59,731 nt of DNA from Chitinophagales bacterium. GTDB lineage: Bacteria > Bacteroidota > Bacteroidia > Chitinophagales > JADJOU01. A program made the position numbers and the translations under genes. This document shows positions 1-9,265 of this stretch, one piece after another. Under the pieces are notes generated by a model. That model had not been told where the DNA came from. It saw only the letters and a list, made by a program, of their open reading frames with translations, and ran no database searches. The stretch covers positions 1 through 59,731 of the forward strand of contig JALOMB010000003.1 of assembly GCA_025455685.1 (NCBI GenBank). Direction: 5' to 3'. Within the stretch, counting starts at the first letter, position 1. Every line of letters begins with the position of its first letter.

Positions 1-635
1 ATGATCTCATTGATGACAAACTCTTTGATGGTCGCGTTTGTCACTTCCGGGGAATGTTGTGTGGAGACCACTACGGTGTCGATACGCACCGGTTTGTAGC
101 CATCATACTCAACGGTTACCTGGCTCTTGCTGTCTGGACGAAGCCAGTTGACCTCTTTAGAAAATCGAGCCTGAGTGAGTCGGTTGGTGATGCGATGGCT
201 CAAGGCAATTGGCATCGGCATCAGCTCGGCGGTGTCGTTACAGGCAAAGCCGAACATCAAACCTTGGTCGCCGGCTCCAATGTCCTTACCAGCGGCCGCA
301 TCCGAGTTGACGCCCATGGCAATGTCAGGGCTCTGCTCGTCCAAGGCAACCATGACGTTGCAGGTGTCGGCGTTAATCCCCCATTCATCGTCAGTGTAGC
401 CGACTTCACGAATGGCATTGCGAACCGTCTTGGCGTAATTCACATTGGCTTTGGTGGTGATTTCGCCAGCGATAAGTGCTAAGCCGGTTGTCACCAGGGT
501 CTCGCAGGCTACCCGGCTGGTTGGATCTTGCTCCAAAAGTGCATCTAGAACACTATCGGAAATTCGGTCAGCCAGTTTATCTGGGTGACCCATGCTTACA
601 GATTCACTCGTGAAAAGATACTTGCCGGATGCCAC
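1..635 (-). CDS. metK: S-adenosylmethionine synthetase, N-terminal part (runs off window); Planctomycetota-like
   Basis: Manual minus-strand translation from GTG at 635: [51 protein letters not shown]...[12 protein letters not shown]...[14 protein letters not shown]. MetK signatures GHPDK and GAGDQG are present, and a GGAGG SD lies just upstream. Absent from the ORF track because there is no stop in the window. Confidence 0.97.
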   Translation of the reverse strand, partial: MASGKYLFTSESVSMGHPDKLADRISDSVLDALLEQDPTSRVACETLVTTGLALIAGEITTKANVNYAKTVRNAIREVGYTDDEWGINADTCNVMVALDEQSPDIAMGVNSDAAAGKDIGAGDQGLMFGFACNDTAELMPMPIALSHRITNRLTQARFSKEVNWLRPDSKSQVTVEYDGYKPVRIDTVVVSTQHSPEVTNATIKEFVINEI

Positions 636-744
636 TTAAATGCCCCTCCCAAAGGGTTGATATTGAGTAGTTATTGGTTTGAGAAATTTTCTTTAATCAA
701 GGGGGAGAAGTATAACTACCCTGATCAACCAGCGAAAGTGATTT

Positions 745-1428
745 CTAGGCAGAACGCACGCGTATATTGCGATTGTTAAACTGGCGGGTTCGTCTGGCAG
801 CCATCGCCACGGCTCTTTCCACCATGCGGATCTTGCGGTAGACCCCAGGCCGACTCACAAAACGGTCCAACGAGCGTCGGTACTTTAAGTAGAACATGAA
901 GGTCTCGGCAAAGTCCTCGCTGGCATTGGTCGTAGCGTACTCGCTCACGAATTCCTGAAGCAACCGCTGGCTGAAGTGCCTTTGCTGAGCTTCCGAGGTT
1001 GCGCGACGGGCCTTGCTGGTCTTGAAGTCGCTGTCCTTTTTCAGTTGCTTGTGCCAGGAATGGTAGGGAGTGGGCGCACAATTGGAATAAGCTGCACCAA
1101 AGGTTCTCGCAAACCAATCTTGTCTAAAAAAACCTTGATCCAAATAGAACCAGGCATGTGCGTACTCGTGGCGAATAGTATCCGTTAACGTATGTCCAGG
1201 TTGATATCGCTTGTGCGGCAAGTCTCGCGGCAAGTAGATCACGCCAGGCTTATAGCCGCGTTTGGCAAAGTGCCCAACACGCTCAAAGACGTATCCAACT
1301 TCGCCATCTCCACTCTTTTCATGAGAGATGCACAATTCGACTGCATCCAAATAGACACCATCTGCCAGAAGTCCGACTTCTGCCAACTCATTTCGAACTT
1401 GATTGTATGCTCGGTCAACGTTTGCCAT
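745..1428 (-). CDS. putative zinc-binding metallopeptidase (zincin)
   Basis: HEYAH (HEXXH) plus downstream FVSEYATTNASEDFAETF, typical of putative zinc-binding metallopeptidase families. Confidence 0.75.
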   Translation of the reverse strand: MANVDRAYNQVRNELAEVGLLADGVYLDAVELCISHEKSGDGEVGYVFERVGHFAKRGYKPGVIYLPRDLPHKRYQPGHTLTDTIRHEYAHAWFYLDQGFFRQDWFARTFGAAYSNCAPTPYHSWHKQLKKDSDFKTSKARRATSEAQQRHFSQRLLQEFVSEYATTNASEDFAETFMFYLKYRRSLDRFVSRPGVYRKIRMVERAVAMAARRTRQFNNRNIRVRSA

Positions 1429-1642
1429 GATAAAGGAAGCATTCTGCGGGTAAGATCTGACTCACTTTGAGTCGCCGAAAATTGCGTCCTTGCGTGTACA
1501 AGTTTGGTTGCCAGATAGCCTCCGGGCAAATCGAATCTTGCCATTCCCTCTAAGCACCCCCCTAAAGCACCAGAGCAGGCAGTTCAAAATCGGCTCACAA
1601 TTCAAAAAGCCACGAAGTAAAACACTACCTAAAATCAACATA

Positions 1643-1666
1643 AAGCCCTTGATATTTCAAGGGCTT
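1643..1666. terminator. hairpin/likely terminator after photolyase
   Basis: AAGCCCTTGA-tatt-TCAAGGGCTT, a perfect 10-bp stem 3 nt from the phr stop. Confidence 0.7.
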
Positions 1667-1669
1667 ATT

Positions 1670-2971
1670 TTATTTATTTAGCGCTTTTTGATAAGTTTCC
1701 AGACATCTAAGTCGTGCTAACTTATGATCGACCATGGGCTTAGGATAACTCATTGTACCGTATTCAGGTAACCATTGACGAATATAAGTTTCATCAGGAT
1801 CAAATTTTTTTTGTTGTTCCAATGGATTAAATATACGGAAGTAAGGTGCTGCATCCACGCCACAGCCTGCAGCCCATTGCCAATTTCCGACATTGACGGC
1901 TAATTCAAAATCGAGAAGTTTTTCTGCGAAATAGGCTTCTCCCCAGCGCCAATCTATCAGTAAATCCTTGCAGAGAAAGCTTGCGACGATCATTCTTACG
2001 CGATTGTGCATCCAGCCTGTCTCATTGAGTTGACGCATGCCCGCATCCACGATAGGAAACCCAGTTTTCCCTTGCATCCAATGTTCAAATTCTTTTTCGT
2101 TATTACGCCAAACAATTGAGTCGTAGTTTTTCTTGAAGCTGTCTCTATCCGTATGAGGAAAGAACCAAAAGTGATGAATGAAAAATTCTCGCCAGATTAA
2201 TTCATTGAAATAACCCTTATCTTCGATAAGCAAAGCATTTTTAATCAAAGCTCGCACAGAAATCAACCCAAATCTTAAGTGCGGACTAGCTTTCGAAGTG
2301 CCAGATATGCCTGGAATATCCCGAAAGGCTTTGTATGTGGTCATCATTTCAGGAGAAATGATATAAGGTGAAACTTTAATGGGACAAGGTAGAAATCCGA
2401 GTGCTTCGAGGCTGGGATTTTCGAAATCTTCTGTTTTCTTAGTATGTTGGAGAAAATTTTCACTAGGATAATTGCTCAAATCATCTTCTTGAAGTTGCCT
2501 TAGCCATTGTTTGCTAAAAGGCGTATAGACGAGATAAGGCGTTTTGTCTTCTTTGACCACAGTGCCTGGACGAAAAACGATATGATCGACAAAGGTATGA
2601 AACTCAATTTGATAGGAAGAAAACAATGTCCTAATTTCTGTATCACGCTTCATACCATAAGGCTCGAAATCTTCATTGGTATAGACTGCATCGATTTGTT
2701 GTGTAGATAGAATTTCTTGGAATACCGCCAATGGCCTACCGTGAAAGAATTGAATTTTACTTTGATAAGGCTTGAGCATCTCATTCATCGCTTCGAGCGA
2801 TTGGTATATAAACTGCACTCGAGCATCCTCGCGAGGCAAGGTCTCGAGGATATCGGTATCAAATATGAAAATTAACGATACAGAATTAAAGCGGCTTAGA
2901 CATTCGTAAAGCCCACGATTGTCCGTGAATCTCAGGTCTCTACGAAACCAAAAAATCGCATTTTTAGTCAT
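1670..2971 (-). CDS. phrB: deoxyribodipyrimidine photolyase (CPD photolyase)
   Basis: WFRRDLRFTDN N-terminus; GKTGFPIVDAGMRQLNETGWMHNRVRM and WQWAAGCGVDAAPYFRIFNP FAD-binding motifs. Confidence 0.96.
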   Translation of the reverse strand: MTKNAIFWFRRDLRFTDNRGLYECLSRFNSVSLIFIFDTDILETLPREDARVQFIYQSLEAMNEMLKPYQSKIQFFHGRPLAVFQEILSTQQIDAVYTNEDFEPYGMKRDTEIRTLFSSYQIEFHTFVDHIVFRPGTVVKEDKTPYLVYTPFSKQWLRQLQEDDLSNYPSENFLQHTKKTEDFENPSLEALGFLPCPIKVSPYIISPEMMTTYKAFRDIPGISGTSKASPHLRFGLISVRALIKNALLIEDKGYFNELIWREFFIHHFWFFPHTDRDSFKKNYDSIVWRNNEKEFEHWMQGKTGFPIVDAGMRQLNETGWMHNRVRMIVASFLCKDLLIDWRWGEAYFAEKLLDFELAVNVGNWQWAAGCGVDAAPYFRIFNPLEQQKKFDPDETYIRQWLPEYGTMSYPKPMVDHKLARLRCLETYQKALNK

Positions 2972-3142
2972 TTATTCACCTGCTCTATGTTTGTAGATGC
3001 GATAAAGCGTAAAAATCGTGCTCGCCGTCAGCCCCGCTAATAAAATATAATGAAACGTTTCAAATTGTTCGATAAAGGTACTCAGCAAAGCAATGGCGAT
3101 GATATTGGCTATAAGACGAAAATAAAGCAGTTTGTCACTCAT
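2972..3142 (-). CDS. small 56-aa two-helix membrane protein (below ORF-track cutoff)
   Basis: [60 protein letters not shown] overlap with the metH stop, and its TAA abuts the phr ATG, filling the gap exactly. Confidence 0.75.
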   Translation of the reverse strand: MSDKLLYFRLIANIIAIALLSTFIEQFETFHYILLAGLTASTIFTLYRIYKHRAGE

Positions 3143-5766
3143 ATAGAATCATTTAAAAAATTATTATAAAACTTCTCTAAATAGCTTATTTCGACACCTT
3201 TTAATTTAGCCATTTTTTCGAGTTGGTCTCTTCCGATTTTTCCTACGCCAATATATTTAGCTTCAGGAGATGCGAAATAATAACCCGATACAGCGGAAGT
3301 CGGATACATGGCGAAATTTTCGGTCAAAGTCAAGCCGATTTTAGTCTCTACGCCTAGGATTTCCCATATATTTGCTTTTTCGGTATGGTCAGGACAAGCA
3401 GCATATCCTGGGGCTGGACGAATTCCTTGGTATTTTTCATGAATTAAATCATCTTTAGAGAGGTTAGATTCGTCAGCATAGCCCCAGATTTGCGTTCTAA
3501 CTTCTTGATGAAGCCATTCAGCGAGTGCCTCAGCCAATCTATCCAATACGGCTTTGAAGAGAATCTCCCCATAGCTATCCATATCGGCCTTATACGATGC
3601 GAGATATTCATCTTGTCCATCTGAAGCGTTCACGGCGAAAAGCCCTATATAGTCTTCTTCATGAAGATAATCTACTAAAGAATAATTGGTTTCTTTTTGG
3701 CTTTGTTGTCTTAAGAAATTTAACTGTCCTACAAGGTTACTTCTAGCCTCATCAGCATAGACTTCGAGCTGAGCGCCTTTTTTGATTATAGGAAAAATTC
3801 CAGCAGTGGCGTGTAGTTCTATTTTCTTATCTTGAATTAATTTATCCAAAAGTTCTTGAGCCGCATTATAGAGTTTAGTGGCCTCTTCACCATATTTATC
3901 GCTGCTTAAGATTTTGGGATAAATCCCGGACATACCCCAAGACGCAAAAAATGGACTCCAATCGATATAAGGTCTAATGATTTCAATAGGTATAGCATTA
4001 TAGACATCGATACCTATTTGGTTGGGTTTATATACTGGGGTAGTTAGGCGATAGGCTTTTTTTTCTGCTTCTTCAATAGAGATAATCGAAGTTTTTTGGG
4101 CACTTTGTTCAAATTGATTTCTTAATTTTTGATAATCTTCTTTGATTTGCGCTTTGAAAACCATGGCTTGATCTGAAATCAATTGACTAGCAACCGTAAC
4201 GGCTTTGGATGCGTCTAAAACATGCATCACTGTGGAAGTATAGTGGGGTTCAATCTTGACGGCAGTATGCATAGGTGAGGTCGTGGCACCTCCGATTAAT
4301 ATGGGAATTTTTATTTTGTTTTGTTCAAATAATTTCACTACATCGATCATTTCATCGAGAGAAGGCGTGATAAGTCCACTAAGTCCGACGATATCAACTT
4401 GGTGTTCGAGGGCTTTTTCCAGAATTTTTTCTTTGCTGACCATAACCCCTAAATCGATAATTTCGAAGTTATTACATTCTAGTACAATAGAAACTATATT
4501 TTTGCCTATATCATGGACATCGCCTTTTACGGTAGCCATTAGCACTTTTCCTCTTGAGCTAGATTGGGCTTTTTGTGCGAGTAGATAGGGCTCTAAGACG
4601 GCAACGGATTTTTTCATCACCCGGGCTGATTTGACTACTTGAGGCAAGAACATTTTGCCTGATCCAAATAAATCCCCTACAATACTCATTCCAGCCATAA
4701 GTGGGCCTTCGATTACATCAATAGGATTACCTAAATTTTCATAGCACTCCAAAGTGTCTGCTGCGATAAATTCATCTAAACCTTTGATTAAACTATGCTG
4801 AATTCGAAGATTGACCTCTTGACTTCGCCATTCAATATCAACTTTCTTCTCTTTTCCACCTACAGATTTATACTTCTCTGCTAGGGCCATAAGTCTATCA
4901 GTAGCATCTTCTCTTCGATTGAGCAAAACATCTTCGACTGCTTCGAGTAAATCTTTAGGAACTTCTTCATAAATCTCGAGTAGGGTCGGATTGACAATAC
5001 CCATATCCATTCCATGCTGAATCGCATGATAGAGAAATGAGGCATGCATCGCTTCACGGACTTTGTTATTGCCTCTAAACGAGAAAGATACATTACTTAC
5101 GCCTCCACTTACTTTTGCATGAGGCAAATTGTCTTTGATCCATTTGGTAGCCTTGAAGAAATCTAAAGCATAATTGGCATGCGCTTCTATTCCTGTACCT
5201 ACAGGAAAAATATTAGGATCGAATACAATGTCTTGGCTTGGAAAAGCAACCTCTTTTGTCAAAATTTCATAGGAGCGTTGACAAATTTCTATTCTGCGTT
5301 CATAGGTGTCTGCTTGACCTAACTCATCAAAAGCCATGACGATGACAGCAAAGCCATATTGTTTGATTTTTGTGGCTTGTTCTTTGAATTCTTCCGGGCC
5401 GTTTTTTAGGCTAATAGAATTCACAATTCCTTTGCCTTGGATACATTTCATTCCGGCTTCAATGATTTCCCATTTAGAGGAATCTATCATTATGGGAATT
5501 TTGGATATATCTGGCTCTGTGGCGATTAAATTGAGGAAACTAACCATTGCGGCTTTTCCGTCTATCATGGCTTCGTCCATATTGATATCGAGGATTTGAG
5601 CACCTCCTTCTACTTGGTCTCGGGCTACTTCTAGTGCTTTTGTAAAATTATTTTCTTTAATATATTCAAGAAATTTCTTAGAACCTGTGACATTGGTTCG
5701 CTCGCCTATATTGACAAAATTTGTATTTTTTGTAATAATTAAAGGCTCTAATCCGGATAGTTTCAT
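3139..5766 (-). CDS. metH: cobalamin-dependent methionine synthase, split form (pterin-binding, cap, B12-binding and reactivation domains; no homocysteine-binding domain)
   Basis: Begins [20 protein letters not shown]; has [12 protein letters not shown] (DxHxxG) and [10 protein letters not shown]; 875 aa versus ~1200 aa for full-length MetH. Confidence 0.96.
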   Translation of the reverse strand: MKLSGLEPLIITKNTNFVNIGERTNVTGSKKFLEYIKENNFTKALEVARDQVEGGAQILDINMDEAMIDGKAAMVSFLNLIATEPDISKIPIMIDSSKWEIIEAGMKCIQGKGIVNSISLKNGPEEFKEQATKIKQYGFAVIVMAFDELGQADTYERRIEICQRSYEILTKEVAFPSQDIVFDPNIFPVGTGIEAHANYALDFFKATKWIKDNLPHAKVSGGVSNVSFSFRGNNKVREAMHASFLYHAIQHGMDMGIVNPTLLEIYEEVPKDLLEAVEDVLLNRREDATDRLMALAEKYKSVGGKEKKVDIEWRSQEVNLRIQHSLIKGLDEFIAADTLECYENLGNPIDVIEGPLMAGMSIVGDLFGSGKMFLPQVVKSARVMKKSVAVLEPYLLAQKAQSSSRGKVLMATVKGDVHDIGKNIVSIVLECNNFEIIDLGVMVSKEKILEKALEHQVDIVGLSGLITPSLDEMIDVVKLFEQNKIKIPILIGGATTSPMHTAVKIEPHYTSTVMHVLDASKAVTVASQLISDQAMVFKAQIKEDYQKLRNQFEQSAQKTSIISIEEAEKKAYRLTTPVYKPNQIGIDVYNAIPIEIIRPYIDWSPFFASWGMSGIYPKILSSDKYGEEATKLYNAAQELLDKLIQDKKIELHATAGIFPIIKKGAQLEVYADEARSNLVGQLNFLRQQSQKETNYSLVDYLHEEDYIGLFAVNASDGQDEYLASYKADMDSYGEILFKAVLDRLAEALAEWLHQEVRTQIWGYADESNLSKDDLIHEKYQGIRPAPGYAACPDHTEKANIWEILGVETKIGLTLTENFAMYPTSAVSGYYFASPEAKYIGVGKIGRDQLEKMAKLKGVEISYLEKFYNNFLNDSI

Positions 5767-6200
5767 GTTGGGATAAATTCAGAAAAACTGTGAGGTAAAA
5801 TTGTTTTGATACTTGTAAAAGTGGCGAAACTCTCTTTTGAAAAAATGTAATAATCTATGGTGTGGCCAGGTTGTCTTGTTTCATATTCTAAAAGCATTTG
5901 TCTGCATATGCCACATGGATAAGTCGGCACATCTGAATGAACATAAATTCCAACTCTAAGAATTGGCGATTTATCAGTAATCATAGCATAATTTGATAGT
6001 CCAACGGCTTCAGCGCATAGACAGGCAGGAAAAGATACATTTTCTTGATTGGCGCCGAGCAAAATTTGACCTAACTGAGTTTCTATAGCACAGCCTACAT
6101 GAAATTTAGAATAGGGTGCATAAGATAATTTCGAAGCTTTTTGGCTAGCGAGATAGAGCGGATTGATATTGATGGGCAATTCAGCAAGTGGCTTATTCAT
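5763..6200 (-). CDS. cdd: cytidine deaminase
   Basis: [19 protein letters not shown] and PCGICRQ zinc-site motifs; 4-nt overlap with metH. Confidence 0.93.
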   Translation of the reverse strand: MNKPLAELPININPLYLASQKASKLSYAPYSKFHVGCAIETQLGQILLGANQENVSFPACLCAEAVGLSNYAMITDKSPILRVGIYVHSDVPTYPCGICRQMLLEYETRQPGHTIDYYIFSKESFATFTSIKTILPHSFSEFIPT

Positions 6201-6272
6201 TATATTTTAGAATTAAAACAAAAGTATACAAAAAAACACAAATCTTGGATAATTCTTTTAATAAAATCAGCT

Positions 6273-9113
6273 TTACGAATTTTGATATGCTTCCAAAGGC
6301 AAACAACTACACACTAAATTTCTATCACCATAAGAGTTATCAACTCTCGCTACAGAAGGCCAAAACTTATTAGTTTTTAGTCTTTCTATCGGATAAACTG
6401 CTTTCTGTCGGCTATAAGGATATGTCCAAGAGTCACTTGTGGCTTCATAGCTAGTATGTGGTGCATTCTTCAATACATTATTGTCTTTTGGATATTTGCC
6501 TTCTTCTATTTCTCTGATTTCTTGCCGAATTGAGATCATGGCTTCGACAAATCGGTCTAACTCGAGTAAGTCTTCACTTTCTGTAGGCTCTATCATCAGA
6601 GTTCCGGCTACTGGAAACGAAACCGTAGGAGCGTGAAATCCATAGTCCATCAATCTTTTAGCGATGTCTTCGACTTCTATGCCAAGAGAATGCTTGAATC
6701 CTCTAAAATCTAAGATTAACTCATGAGCTACCATATCGTTTTGACCTGTATAGAGTACGGGATAATGATCTTGAAGTTTGGTTTTGAGATAATTTGCATT
6801 GATTAAAGCAAATTTTGTAGCATCTTTGAGACCTTTTGAACCCAGCATTTGAATATAGGCATAAGAAATCAGAGTAATAGAAGCCGAACCATAAGGTGCA
6901 TTTGAAATAGTAGCGTTTTGATTATTCGAATCCAAAAAAGGATGCGAAGGCAAAAAAGGCACCAAGTGTGCTTTGACACATATAGGTCCTACGCCTGGTC
7001 CACCACCCCCGTGCGGGATAGCAAAAGTTTTATGAAGATTGAGGTGACATACATCTGCACCTAGAAAACCAGGAGATGTATAGCCTACTTGGGCATTCAT
7101 ATTCGCGCCGTCCATATATACTTGGCCGCCATTGTCATGAATAATTTGACAGATTTCTTGAATTCCTGTCTCATATACCCCATGAGTAGAAGGATAAGTG
7201 ACCATAAGACAGCTCAAACGGTCTTTAAATTCTATTGCTTTGGCTCTTAGTACTTCTATATCTATATTGCCTTGGTCGTCACAAGGGGTAACCTCTACCT
7301 TTAAACCAGCTAAAACAGCAGAAGCAGGATTGGTTCCGTGTGCTGAACTCGGAATCAAAACGATATCTCTATGTTCTTGTCCTTGAGCTCTTTGAAAGTC
7401 TCTAATACAAGCTAATCCAGCATATTCTCCTTGTGCTCCAGAATTTGGCTGTAAGGAACATCCATCGAAGCCTGTGATTTTGCTTAATTGTGCAGAAAGC
7501 GTTTCAATAACTTTGAGGTATCCTGAAACTTGATTTTGGGGGACAAATGGGTGAATTTGACTGAATTCTGGCCAAGAAACAGGTATGAGTTGTGTAGCGG
7601 CATTGAGTTTCATCGTACAAGAACCAAGTGGTATCATGGATTTGGTCAATGAAAGGTCTTTGTCTTCTAGATATTTAATATATCTCATGAGCTGAGTCTC
7701 ACTGTGGTATGAGTTAAAAATCGGATGACTGAGTATAGGCGTTTTACGTCTCAAATGTTCTGGAAATTCAGTCCTAGTTTGGCTTGCTATCTCAGGATTT
7801 TTATCATTAGCAAAAACTTTTAAAATAGCTAAAACATCATCCCATTGGGTTGTTTCATCTAGAGAGATACGAATTTGATCGTCCTTATAAAAGAAATTTA
7901 TCTCAGCGGCTTCAGCTTTAGCGCGTATCGATGTGATATCAGCATTTGCGATGGTCAAGGTATCAAAAAATGTCTTAGAAACTATTGCATATCCCATAGA
8001 CTCAAGCCCTTGTTTGAGCACACTGGTCAAGGAATAAATGTAATTGGCTATGTCTTGAATACGCTCTGGCCCATGATACACAGCATACATCGCCGCCATA
8101 TTAGCTAAAAGAGCTTGAGCAGTACAGATATTGGAGGTTGCCCGATCTCTTTTGATGTGCTGTTCTCTAGTTTGGAGGGCCATTCTAAGGGCATGATTTC
8201 CATTTCTATCTTTACTTACACCTATTATTCTACCTGGCATGAGTCTTTTGTGCATGTCTTTGGTGGCTAAGAAGGCTGCGTGAGGTCCACCGAAACCCAT
8301 AGGCACCCCAAAGCGTTGAGAATTTCCTATCGCAATTTCTGCCCCCATATCACTAGGGGTTTTGATCCAAGTTAGTGACATGATATCACAAATCATAGCA
8401 GTTAGAATTCCTTGTTCTTTATAGGTAGCTATAATTTGAGAGAAATCATAAACGCCACCAAGCTTATCAGGATTTTGAATGATTACGCCAAAAATTCCCT
8501 CATAACTATCTATTGGCTCATGAATATTCACAGACTTGACATCAAAACCAAGAAGTTTTGCTTTAGAACGAATGACGCTTTGAGTTGCTTCAAACAAATT
8601 TTGGTCTATGATCAAGGTATTATAATCAGAATTAGATTTGTTTCTTAGGCTATGAAGCATCATCATCGCTTCTGCTGCTGCGGTAGCTTCGTCGAGTAAT
8701 GAAGCGCCTGCTATTTCCATACCCGTTAAATCAGCGATCATCGTTTGAAAATTAAGTAAACTCTCAAGCCTGCCTTGAGCAATTTCTGCTTGGTAAGGCG
8801 TATATTGTGTGTACCACCCTGGATTTTCAAATAAATTTCTCAAAATTACAGAAGGGGTATAGGTCCCATAAAATCCTTGACCTATGAAGTTTTTGTAAAC
8901 TTTATTTTCTTTAGCTAAGTTTCGAATATGGATTAAATACTCGGATTCACTCATTGCTTCACAGATATCAAAATTGTTTTGAGACAAAAGTTTCGAAGGG
9001 ATTGTCTTGGTAATAATTTCATCAGAATTTTTTATAGATAATCTTGATAGGATTTCAGATTCTTGATATGTACCTATATGTCTATCGAAAAAGTTTTGAG
9101 CGATATTTTTCAT
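6273..9113 (-). CDS. gcvP: glycine dehydrogenase (glycine cleavage P protein)
   Basis: YTPYQAEIAQGRLE, REQHIKRDRATSNICT, HLNLHKTFAIPHGGGGPG (PLP lysine). Confidence 0.98.
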   Translation of the reverse strand: MKNIAQNFFDRHIGTYQESEILSRLSIKNSDEIITKTIPSKLLSQNNFDICEAMSESEYLIHIRNLAKENKVYKNFIGQGFYGTYTPSVILRNLFENPGWYTQYTPYQAEIAQGRLESLLNFQTMIADLTGMEIAGASLLDEATAAAEAMMMLHSLRNKSNSDYNTLIIDQNLFEATQSVIRSKAKLLGFDVKSVNIHEPIDSYEGIFGVIIQNPDKLGGVYDFSQIIATYKEQGILTAMICDIMSLTWIKTPSDMGAEIAIGNSQRFGVPMGFGGPHAAFLATKDMHKRLMPGRIIGVSKDRNGNHALRMALQTREQHIKRDRATSNICTAQALLANMAAMYAVYHGPERIQDIANYIYSLTSVLKQGLESMGYAIVSKTFFDTLTIANADITSIRAKAEAAEINFFYKDDQIRISLDETTQWDDVLAILKVFANDKNPEIASQTRTEFPEHLRRKTPILSHPIFNSYHSETQLMRYIKYLEDKDLSLTKSMIPLGSCTMKLNAATQLIPVSWPEFSQIHPFVPQNQVSGYLKVIETLSAQLSKITGFDGCSLQPNSGAQGEYAGLACIRDFQRAQGQEHRDIVLIPSSAHGTNPASAVLAGLKVEVTPCDDQGNIDIEVLRAKAIEFKDRLSCLMVTYPSTHGVYETGIQEICQIIHDNGGQVYMDGANMNAQVGYTSPGFLGADVCHLNLHKTFAIPHGGGGPGVGPICVKAHLVPFLPSHPFLDSNNQNATISNAPYGSASITLISYAYIQMLGSKGLKDATKFALINANYLKTKLQDHYPVLYTGQNDMVAHELILDFRGFKHSLGIEVEDIAKRLMDYGFHAPTVSFPVAGTLMIEPTESEDLLELDRFVEAMISIRQEIREIEEGKYPKDNNVLKNAPHTSYEATSDSWTYPYSRQKAVYPIERLKTNKFWPSVARVDNSYGDRNLVCSCLPLEAYQNS

Positions 9114-9265
9114 AAAGAAAAAATTTTTTAAGTGATTTTGAATAAATGAATTACTTTTGCAAAAATAAAAAATATAACTTCGTAAATTGGGTAAAACATG
9201 AAAAATGTGGATAAGTTTATTTTTTTTTGTCTAAATTTACGCTTTGAAATAAAATCACAAGATAA

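Noticed and set aside
54..482. 142-aa plus-strand ORF (also 175..399 and 585..779)
   Set aside because: Antisense shadows of the minus-strand metK
636..744. SAM riboswitch upstream of metK
   Set aside because: The spacer is short and no SAM-I core motif or terminator was seen; other SAM classes were not testable by eye
776..1681. ORFs 776..1117, 976..1188, 1192..1470, 1239..1544 and 1490..1681
   Set aside because: They overlap the peptidase or cross the compositional junction and the terminator, and have no motifs
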